Positions 56,914-64,000 of a DNA stretch of 64,000 nucleotides are shown here, piece by piece. A program made the position numbers and the translations under genes. The notes under the pieces are model-generated. The model saw only the letters and a list, made by a program, of their open reading frames with translations. It was not told the DNA's origin and ran no database searches. How positions within the stretch are numbered: position 1 is the stretch's first letter; every line of letters begins with the position of its first letter. The DNA is from an uncultured Candidatus Saccharibacteria bacterium (GTDB taxonomy: Bacteria; Patescibacteriota; Doudnabacteria; UBA920; VMFF01): positions 17,237 through 81,236 of the forward strand of contig CAYIKZ010000001.1 of assembly GCA_964364285.1 (NCBI GenBank), given 5' to 3'.

Positions 56914-57354
56914 ATGGCAGCGCAAAAGCAACTCGTTATTGTTTGTGCAATAATTACGAATGAGAATGGAGAGGTGCTTTTAACAAAGCGTAATGATCCA
57001 GGAACTAGCTGGCATGAAAAGCTAGAGTTTCCTGGAGGAAAAATAGACTTTGGTGAAGATCCTGAAGTGGCTGTTGTCAGGGAAGCTAAGGAAGAATCTG
57101 GATTTGATGTAGAGGTCGTCAGACTGTTACCAAAGATATACTCCAGTTATTATCCGGCTGAACCAAATGATAAAGAGTTTCCTGATACAGAATTACAAAT
57201 CATCATAATTTCGTACCATTGTAAGATTATTGGAGGAGAGTTTAAACCTGATGATCGAGAAGTACTTTCTGGCGCTTTCTACAAAAGAGACAATATTGAT
57301 TATACAAATGCTTTGCGATACTGCAAAGAGATAATTGAGCTGTTAGATAAATAA
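56914..57354 (+). CDS. NUDIX hydrolase (MutT-like)
   Basis: FPGGKIDFGEDPEVAVVREAKEESG Nudix box. Confidence 0.9.
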   Translation: MAAQKQLVIVCAIITNENGEVLLTKRNDPGTSWHEKLEFPGGKIDFGEDPEVAVVREAKEESGFDVEVVRLLPKIYSSYYPAEPNDKEFPDTELQIIIISYHCKIIGGEFKPDDREVLSGAFYKRDNIDYTNALRYCKEIIELLDK

Positions 57355-57364
57355 AGGGAAAAAC

Positions 57365-58645
57365 ATGTTAGACATAAAATACATCAGAGAAAATCCGGAT
57401 TTAATAAAGAAAACCGTTGCTGACAAAAAAGGCAAGGTTAACATTGATCGTCTTTTGGAAGTTGATGAACAGCGCAGAAAATTAAGAACAGAAATAGAAA
57501 ACTTAAACCAGGAAAAAAACATTGCTGCAAAAGATAAAGATGTTAAAAGAGGAAAGCTGGTTAAAGAAAACCTTGTTTCCTTAGAAGAAAAGTTTGCGGT
57601 TTTAGATGCTGAATATACTGAGTTAATGTATGCAGTACCAAATATTCCATCTGCTAATACACCAGTTGGTCCTGATGAGTCTGCAAATACAGTAATTTCT
57701 AAACATGGTGATGTTCCAGATTTTTCGTTTAAACCAAAAGAACATTGGCAACTTGGTAAAGAGTTAGGGATTATTGATACAGAAACAGCAGCTGAAGTGA
57801 CTGGTGCTCGTTTTGCATACTTAAAAGGAGACATGGCTCTTTTAGAGTTTGCTGTGATTCAATTAGTACTTAGTATTTTGACTGATGAAACTATCATTGC
57901 AAAAGTTGCTAAAAAAGCAGGTTTAAATATTTCAACAAAGCCTTTTGTTCCTGTATTGCCCCCAGTAATGATTAAACCAGAGGTAATGCAAAGAATGGGA
58001 CGTTTAGAGCCAAAAGAAGAAAGATATTACATTCCAAGTGATGATTTGTATTTGGTTGGAAGCGCAGAACATACTCTTGGTCCAATTCACATGGATCAAA
58101 CAATCCCAGAAGATGAGTTGCCAATTAGGTACATTGGTTTTTCAACAGCTTTCAGAAGAGAGGCTGGTTCATACGGCAAGGATATGAAAGGAATTTTAAG
58201 AGTGCATCAGTTTGATAAGCTGGAGATGGAAACATATACAACCGCTGAAAACGGAACTGATGAACAGTTGTTAATAGTTGCTTTACAAGAGCATATTAAT
58301 CAGTGCTTAGAATTGCCATATCAAGTAGTGGAGATTAGCACAGGAGATATGGGTGCTCCTGACTATCGCCAGATAGATATTGAAACATGGCTTCCAGGAC
58401 AAGATCGTTACAGAGAAACCCACACTTCTGATTACATGACTGATTTTCAATCAAGAAGATTAAACATCAAAGTAAAAAGAAAAGACGGTAAAACAGAGTT
58501 GGTGTATATGAACGATGCGACTGCTGCAGCCGGAAGAACTTTAATCGCAATTTTAGAAAATTATCAACAAGAAGACGGCACAATCGTAATTCCAGAAGCA
58601 TTGCAGCCTTTCATGTTTGGCAAAAAGAAAATTACAAAAGCTTAG
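57365..58645 (+). CDS. serS: Serine--tRNA ligase
   Basis: MLDIKYIREN, GSAE, FRREAGSYG, RVHQFDKLE, ENYQ. Confidence 0.96.
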   Translation: MLDIKYIRENPDLIKKTVADKKGKVNIDRLLEVDEQRRKLRTEIENLNQEKNIAAKDKDVKRGKLVKENLVSLEEKFAVLDAEYTELMYAVPNIPSANTPVGPDESANTVISKHGDVPDFSFKPKEHWQLGKELGIIDTETAAEVTGARFAYLKGDMALLEFAVIQLVLSILTDETIIAKVAKKAGLNISTKPFVPVLPPVMIKPEVMQRMGRLEPKEERYYIPSDDLYLVGSAEHTLGPIHMDQTIPEDELPIRYIGFSTAFRREAGSYGKDMKGILRVHQFDKLEMETYTTAENGTDEQLLIVALQEHINQCLELPYQVVEISTGDMGAPDYRQIDIETWLPGQDRYRETHTSDYMTDFQSRRLNIKVKRKDGKTELVYMNDATAAAGRTLIAILENYQQEDGTIVIPEALQPFMFGKKKITKA

Positions 58646-58664
58646 TTTTAAAAGCAAATACATA

Positions 58665-59591
58665 ATGGACACAAAACGCTTTAATCAACCGGAATACAAA
58701 AGCCAGATTCAAGGCGCTCGTAAATACAAGAGAGAAGTGCATAAAGCGCCAGAAGAACCTTTAAAAAAACTCTTGTACTATTTAGGTCTTGATACTTGGC
58801 AGCGTAAAACAATAGCTTCATTGATTTTTGTTTTTTTTGTATATTGCATATATTTTGCTCCTTTTTTGAAACTAAACAGCATTGAAATATCAGGAACAGA
58901 TCAACAAGCAGCTTCCAAGATCGAAGAGAACTTTAATGAATACATACAGAAATACAGAGTAGGAATCTTTCCTAGAAAAAACATTTTCTTTTTTGGCACA
59001 CGTTCTTTTACAGACTATCTTCTAGAAAACAATTATCAGGTTGCAGCAGTCATAGAAATTAAAAGAAAACCTTTGCATAAGGTTGTGGTAGAAATAAATC
59101 AGAGAATACCGGAGTTTGTTTTAGAACAGGGTTTGAATAACTATGTGTTAAATTCAGATTCAACTATTGGTAGTAGTATCACATCAGAACAGATCCTCTC
59201 AGATTTCAAGGCATTCAAAAAAGTTAAAGACAGTGCAGAAGAAGTAGTTAATCCTGGTGAAAAGTTTCTTAATACTCAAAAAAATGATTTTTTACAGTAT
59301 TTAAATGATAACATTGAAAAGAAAATGTCTCTGCCTATTGAATCATTTGAGGTTCCAGGCAGAGCCTCTGATCAGTTAATAGTTCATCTGAAAAAAGGCT
59401 TTGTTGGATACTTTAATTCAACCGCAGACCCAAAAATCTTCCTTGATCGTTTCTATACCCTTTGGATTCAACTAACACCGGATCAACAAAATCGTTTAGC
59501 ATATTTTGATCTGCGTTTTGAAAAAAATGCCTATGCTTGTTTTAAAGGGGATAAGTGCGCTAGTTCAAATATTAATTTAGAATCTAATTAA
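58665..59591 (+). CDS. FtsQ/DivIB-like bitopic protein
   Basis: Single TM followed by POTRA-like IEISG region; C-terminal YFDLRF; start set at 58665. Confidence 0.65.
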   Translation: MDTKRFNQPEYKSQIQGARKYKREVHKAPEEPLKKLLYYLGLDTWQRKTIASLIFVFFVYCIYFAPFLKLNSIEISGTDQQAASKIEENFNEYIQKYRVGIFPRKNIFFFGTRSFTDYLLENNYQVAAVIEIKRKPLHKVVVEINQRIPEFVLEQGLNNYVLNSDSTIGSSITSEQILSDFKAFKKVKDSAEEVVNPGEKFLNTQKNDFLQYLNDNIEKKMSLPIESFEVPGRASDQLIVHLKKGFVGYFNSTADPKIFLDRFYTLWIQLTPDQQNRLAYFDLRFEKNAYACFKGDKCASSNINLESN

Positions 59592-59597
59592 TTAAAA

Positions 59598-60287
59598 ATG
59601 AAAATGGCAAAAAAAACATTTGTTCTTTCACTTGGTGGTTCAGTTTTTGTTCCAGACAGTATTGATACAGGGTTTTTAAAGAAGTTTAAGGTTTTCATAG
59701 AGCAACAGATTAAAAAAGGAAATCGATTCATAGTCGTTGCAGGAGGCGGAGCAACAGCAAGAAAATACAGAGATGCAGGTGCTGCAGTTGTTCATAAAAT
59801 GCCGATTGAGGATTTAGATTGGTTAGGAATTCATGCTACTCGTTTAAATGCGCAGCTCTTGAGAACAATATTTAGAGGAACAACATACCAGAAAGTTATT
59901 AAGGATCCGACGAAAAAGCGTAATATTAAAGCGAGTTTAATAATTGCAGCAGGGTATAGACCAGGGAACTCAACAGACTATTGTGCTGTTTTGATTGCTA
60001 AGAATTATGGCGCAAAGACCGTTATAAACTTAAGCAACATTGATTATGTATACACTAAAGATCCAAAATTAGCTGGAGCAAAAAAGATAGAGAAAATATC
60101 ATGGACTGAGTTTAGAAAAATAGTTGGTAATAAATGGGATCCGGGTTTACACGCACCATTTGATCCGATTGCAAGCAAACATGCTCAGCAAAATAAACTT
60201 CGAGTTGTGGTTATGAATGGCAAAGACTTTAAGAACCTTGAAAACCTAATTTCTGGTAGAAAGTTTAAAGGAACAGTAATCGAATAA
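59598..60287 (+). CDS. pyrH: UMP kinase, archaeal-type
   Basis: VLSLGGS, VAGGGATARKY, PGNSTD, VYTKDP, PFDPIA. Confidence 0.88.
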   Translation: MKMAKKTFVLSLGGSVFVPDSIDTGFLKKFKVFIEQQIKKGNRFIVVAGGGATARKYRDAGAAVVHKMPIEDLDWLGIHATRLNAQLLRTIFRGTTYQKVIKDPTKKRNIKASLIIAAGYRPGNSTDYCAVLIAKNYGAKTVINLSNIDYVYTKDPKLAGAKKIEKISWTEFRKIVGNKWDPGLHAPFDPIASKHAQQNKLRVVVMNGKDFKNLENLISGRKFKGTVIE

Positions 60288-60288
60288 C

Positions 60289-60588
60289 ATGGAAGAGACA
60301 ATTGTCGATTTAGAACATATAGAAGAGAATAATGTCAGTGTTAAAAGCAAACGCTATGCGTATTTGTTTTCTTTTCTTTTTATGCCACTAGGGTTATTCA
60401 TTGCTCTATACTATTTTGTTTTTAGCGAAAAAAAAGACGCAAATAAAGTATCTCTTGTTTGCGTTTTAATAACCATATTCACAGCAGGAGCGTTTTTAAT
60501 AATGTTCCAGATAATTCTTTCATCATCAAACGTTTCAACAGAGCAACTTCAACAAACACCGCAGATGCTTAATGACCTGTTAAATTAG
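60289..60588 (+). CDS. Small two-TM hypothetical protein
   Basis: Two hydrophobic segments; 1 nt after pyrH. Confidence 0.7.
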   Translation: MEETIVDLEHIEENNVSVKSKRYAYLFSFLFMPLGLFIALYYFVFSEKKDANKVSLVCVLITIFTAGAFLIMFQIILSSSNVSTEQLQQTPQMLNDLLN

Positions 60589-60590
60589 CT

Positions 60591-60619
60591 TTGACAAAAC
60601 AAGGATCGAAGGTTATGAT
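60591..60619 (+). promoter_or_regulatory. Sigma70 promoter of the orphan cassette
   Basis: TTGACA-N17-TATGAT. Confidence 0.75.
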
Positions 60620-60673
60620 GTGAAACTAACAAGTGGGCTACAAGTCTTAGTTACAAAGAAGTTTGTATCTCTG

Positions 60674-60701
60674 ACTCTTAGCTCACCAACGAGCAGAGTA
60701 T
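60674..60701 (+). repeat. Conserved 5' leader hairpin motif, copy 2
   Basis: ACTCTTAGCTCAC-CAAC-GAGCAGAGTAT. Confidence 0.8.
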
Positions 60702-60747
60702 CCTTCAGGGGATAGTATTATCACAATTTGCATGGAGGATGCTGACG

Positions 60748-61389
60748 ATGGATACTACATCGCTCACGTCCAATGGTCGACCCACTCGAGGCCAAATTCG
60801 TCGCGTGCGGAACTTGGCTTGGGAGGCAGTGGAAGAAACCTTGGAGTGCAAGTTCCCTTTCACGTACGGGCAACTCCAGGTAGTTCATACTGCCGGTGGC
60901 AAGTTTAAGGCGAAGTTCAGCGTTGCTTTTCGGGAGTTCGTCTTCGCCTTCGCTCTCAAGGAAGCCGGGTTCTTCACTACCGTTGCTGCTCAGAAGACTG
61001 GTCACGTTCCACCTGGCTGGACGGTGAAGAGTGATAGTCTTGAAGGCGAAATCAACCTCAACAATCTGGACTACTCTTCTTGCGCTTTGTGTGAAGGCGA
61101 CGAACTCGTCGACGGCGCGACAATGCTCGAGAGGGCAGGCGACGCTTACGGCAGTCTTGGCTTCGCGTCCGTCCTACTCGAGGCGCAAGGAGAAGGCAAG
61201 GAGATTTTCCCTGTCGAGTCGCGTGGCAAGCATTATTTCCTGATGCCACGTACGATTCTGCTCAACGAAAATGAGAAGCCATTCGTGGCTTGCTTCCTCT
61301 GGGGTGGTAAGGACTGGAATCTATACTACAGTCCGCTCAGCTCCGATTTCGGGGACAGCGATCGGTTTGTACGCCCTCGTCAGCACTAG
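60748..61389 (+). CDS. GC-rich hypothetical protein, C-terminus resembling DGR-type variable proteins
   Basis: GGAGGA SD favours ATG 60748; ends PFVACFLWGGKDWNLYYSPLSSDFGDSDRFVRPRQH. Confidence 0.75.
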   Translation: MDTTSLTSNGRPTRGQIRRVRNLAWEAVEETLECKFPFTYGQLQVVHTAGGKFKAKFSVAFREFVFAFALKEAGFFTTVAAQKTGHVPPGWTVKSDSLEGEINLNNLDYSSCALCEGDELVDGATMLERAGDAYGSLGFASVLLEAQGEGKEIFPVESRGKHYFLMPRTILLNENEKPFVACFLWGGKDWNLYYSPLSSDFGDSDRFVRPRQH

Positions 61390-61394
61390 CTCAC

Positions 61395-61447
61395 GGCCAT
61401 TGTGGCCTGCTTTGCCCCACACTTTGACTTCGGTCAGAGTGTGGGGT
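61395..61447. terminator. Double hairpin after the orphan gene
   Basis: GGCCA-TTG-TGGCC then GCCCCACACTTTGAC-TTCG-GTCAGAGTGTGGGGT. Confidence 0.7.
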
Positions 61448-61451
61448 GCTG

Positions 61452-62942
61452 TTATTTCACGAGATATTCAGCAACCATTATCCATGTGCCGGCAAATGGT
61501 CTTACATCTTCCCAAGAATGGTCTTGTCCGATCTGTACCCAGTTTTGAGGTACTTCTGGTTTAACTCCTCCAAAAGCATTATTCCATAGTATCCAGACAG
61601 TGCTACCTTTTTCTACGCCTTTGTTTAAATCATGAATTAGTTCAGCGTTTGTTAAAAGTGCTGTTCCAGAAAAGTGTGGTAATTGTTTAACCTCAGAAAT
61701 GCCAGGAATGTATAGCAAGGGTGATGCTGTTGATCTGTTATAGAATTTAAAATTAAAGAATTCAGAAGAAGAACCAATTAGTAGACGATCTCCTTCTTCA
61801 ATGTTGTTGTTTAAATATGAGGCAGCGGAAGCCATCCCAGTCTTGTGCTTAATATCCATTGAGCTCCAGAAGCCCCACCAGTTTAATATGGAGACGGCAA
61901 CCATCAGAATGTATATTCCGTACTTTAGTTTTTTGTTTGGTAATTCAAAGATAAATAAGCAAAGAAGAATGGTGTAGAAAAGAGCGGCAAAAAGAAAATA
62001 TCGGTCAAGATATATTGATTGTTTTAACGAAAGAAGAAGTGCTCCTAAGAAAGGAACAATTGTTCCTGACAAAGCAAGCCATTTGTAAATGGACTTTTCT
62101 TTTTTGATGACTCGGTAAACAAGAAAAATAGTAAACAAGGAAGCAATAACCAAGAAAACTTTAGTTATTGGGTTGTTGCTGTCTGCTCCAGTACCGAAGA
62201 TCATCCTCCAGTTAGTTAGTGGTACTGACCATTCGTTCATTTTTAGAATCCAGTAGTTTTCCTGGACTTGTGTAAACTGGAATTTAAAGGTTTTAAGCCA
62301 AGGGATGTATAGCAGAAGGACGATAATGTATGAAAAAACAAGTTGTGAATACTTCTTTAATTCAAAGCGGTAGTTTTTAAAGAGATAATAAAGCGCGAAC
62401 AAGCCAATAGCAAAGATAGAGAAGAATAGGTAATAGTGGGTATACATGGCTGCGCTGGTTGAGAGGATAAAGCCAAGCCAGTAAAGGAATTTTTTCGTAT
62501 CAAATGCTTTAACAAGAAAATATCCAGAGATTAACAACAGAAAAGTTCCTAAGGTGTACATTCTTGCTTCTGTAACATATTGGATTTGAAAAGGATTAAC
62601 GGCAAGTAGAAGCGCTGTTGCTAGTGCTAGCGATTCTTTTTTGAAGGCAATCTTTATGAAGCCATACCCAGCCCAAATAGTTGCAATACCAAAGAAAACA
62701 GAAAAACCTCTTAAAGCAAATAGAGAGTGTCCGAAGAGATCAGACCAGAGTCTTAAAATAACATAGTAGAAAGGAGGGTGCACGTCTAAACCAATCCTGT
62801 AGAACATTTCTTGCCAGCTATAGTTTACAAGCAGTGCTGAGAAAGCTTCGTCGTGCCAAAGAGAAATTGCGGTTAAATTAAACAGGCGCAACAAAGCTGC
62901 GACCAGGATAATGGACCCAAGCAAAACATAGTGTTTTTTCAT
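61452..62942 (-). CDS. GT-C fold membrane glycosyltransferase (PMT/ArnT-like)
   Basis: SLWHDEAFS, DVHPPFYY, EARMY, many TMs. Confidence 0.88.
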   Translation of the reverse strand: MKKHYVLLGSIILVAALLRLFNLTAISLWHDEAFSALLVNYSWQEMFYRIGLDVHPPFYYVILRLWSDLFGHSLFALRGFSVFFGIATIWAGYGFIKIAFKKESLALATALLLAVNPFQIQYVTEARMYTLGTFLLLISGYFLVKAFDTKKFLYWLGFILSTSAAMYTHYYLFFSIFAIGLFALYYLFKNYRFELKKYSQLVFSYIIVLLLYIPWLKTFKFQFTQVQENYWILKMNEWSVPLTNWRMIFGTGADSNNPITKVFLVIASLFTIFLVYRVIKKEKSIYKWLALSGTIVPFLGALLLSLKQSIYLDRYFLFAALFYTILLCLFIFELPNKKLKYGIYILMVAVSILNWWGFWSSMDIKHKTGMASAASYLNNNIEEGDRLLIGSSSEFFNFKFYNRSTASPLLYIPGISEVKQLPHFSGTALLTNAELIHDLNKGVEKGSTVWILWNNAFGGVKPEVPQNWVQIGQDHSWEDVRPFAGTWIMVAEYLVK

Positions 62943-62987
62943 TTTGTTAAGTGGAAAAATTAATTGTTTTCTGGTATAATCAAAACC

Positions 62988-63335
62988 ATGAATAAGGTGT
63001 TAGAGTATACAGGAAATATTTTGTTTCAGATCGCTGTTAGCGCTCTCCTGAATATTATATCATGGGTTGTTATTATCGCCCAGATAAAGCCGAACGCAGA
63101 GCAGTTGCCTTTGCATTACAATATTTTCTTTGGTCCTGATATTGTTACCACAGGCTACTATTTGTATTCATTGCCTTTAGTTGGATTGTTAATCCTGTTA
63201 GCTAACTATGTTTTTTACAGATACACCAAAGAACGCGAAGAGTTTGCTGCTAAAATAGTTGTTGCAGTAACTATGCTGGTTCAAGCTTTAATTCTAATCG
63301 CAGTCTTGTTTTTGAAGTCAATCATTGTTATCTAA
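62988..63335 (+). CDS. Small membrane protein
   Basis: Three TMs, LPLHYNIFFG motif; start set at 62988 after TGgTATAAT. Confidence 0.7.
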   Translation: MNKVLEYTGNILFQIAVSALLNIISWVVIIAQIKPNAEQLPLHYNIFFGPDIVTTGYYLYSLPLVGLLILLANYVFYRYTKEREEFAAKIVVAVTMLVQALILIAVLFLKSIIVI

Positions 63336-63337
63336 AC

Positions 63338-64000
63338 ATGTCACTAAAAAAGAAGAGCTTTGTTGACCGTATTTTTGAAATAATCCCAGGCGCGATGTTC
63401 TGGGCTACTTTGTTTTTTGCCCTTTTCTTTTCAAGGAACCATCCAGTTTGGGTTTCTGTATTCATAATCCTTTTTGATCTTTACTGGCTTTTTAAAGCAA
63501 TCAATGGATCATTTCATCTAGTTTTTTCATACAAGAGATATCGTTTTTTTGCAACTCTTGATTGGCGTTTTTTGGTTGACCATCTACATGACTTTCCAAA
63601 GTACATTGAATATCTTTCAGAACAACTAAGACATGCTAAAAGTAGCAGAGCAAGGCACTATTTCAAGGATGAAATGGAAAGAATCGGTAAGCTTTTAACA
63701 ATAGGCAGAAAAGGTGCCAACTATTTTGATTATTACCATCTTGTTCTGTATCCCTTTGTTGATGAAAGCGAAGAGGTTCTAGACACAACCATAAGGTCTT
63801 TAGAACAAGCTAACTATCCTAAGGATAAAATGATAGTTATACTGGCTAGCGAAGAAAGAATGGGAGAGTCAGCACAAAAGATTGCCAGAGCAATCAAAGA
63901 GAAATACGGTAATGATTTTTTCCGCTTCTTTATTTCTGTTCATCCTGATGGGTTAGAGGGTGAGATAAAAGGGAAGAGCGCAAATGCTTCATGGGCTGTT
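63338..64000 (+). CDS. Probable family-2 glycosyltransferase, partial (runs off the window)
   Basis: Open frame MSLKKKSFVDRIFEIIPG..., two TMs, then HLVLYPFVDE..VL, ANYPKDK, HPDG..GEIKGKSAN. Confidence 0.7.
   Translation, partial: MSLKKKSFVDRIFEIIPGAMFWATLFFALFFSRNHPVWVSVFIILFDLYWLFKAINGSFHLVFSYKRYRFFATLDWRFLVDHLHDFPKYIEYLSEQLRHAKSSRARHYFKDEMERIGKLLTIGRKGANYFDYYHLVLYPFVDESEEVLDTTIRSLEQANYPKDKMIVILASEERMGESAQKIARAIKEKYGNDFFRFFISVHPDGLEGEIKGKSANASWAV

Noticed and set aside
36862-61447. Cassette 3' hairpins as integron attC sites
   Set aside because: No clear RYYYAAC/GTTRRRY core pairs, cassettes are dispersed rather than arrayed, and no intI is present.
3849-61564. Numerous short antisense or alternate-frame ORFs inside conserved genes
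   Set aside because: Shadow ORFs of well-supported genes with no independent signals.
1-64000. CRISPR array, rRNA, integrase, transposase or reverse transcriptase
   Set aside because: No regularly spaced direct repeats or recognisable motifs seen by eye.
1-64000. Alternative genetic code 25 (UGA=Gly)
   Set aside because: Conserved genes are full length under code 11, and TGA ends tpiA, recJ, mrdA and folD at the expected positions.

Overview
AT-rich bacterial chromosome segment in genetic code 11 with hallmarks of Patescibacteria/CPR: no rpmD between rpsE and rplO, SD-poor AAATATATG starts, split transketolase, archaeal-type ProRS and UMP kinase. In order it carries a uppP fragment, tRNA-Leu(CAA), parB, rpmB and an M50 protease; a split str locus (rpsL-rpsG-fusA ... 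tuf); the S10-spc cluster ending secY-adk-adk-map; htrA-yqgF; a galT/pentose-phosphate/lower-glycolysis operon; recJ-rnhA, murA-mreB-hicBA-holB, frr-rseP, proS, mreB-(HAD)-mreCD-mrdA-folD, greA-lysS-NUDIX-serS-ftsQ-pyrH; and glycosyltransferases. Four observations stand out. (1) A 73-nt minus-strand tRNA/tmRNA-like RNA (G3-U70 acceptor stem, T-loop, ACCA, no D-stem, no message domain) is followed directly by a hairpin complementary to it. (2) Five GC-rich single-gene cassettes have strong SD sites and 3' hairpins; two share a 5' RNA hairpin motif and resemble DGR-type variable proteins. (3) An aromatic-rich leader-peptide attenuator precedes one orphan cassette. (4) EF-G has NKIN instead of NKxD plus an altered G5 motif. 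All functional calls come from motif recognition by eye; no database searches were run.
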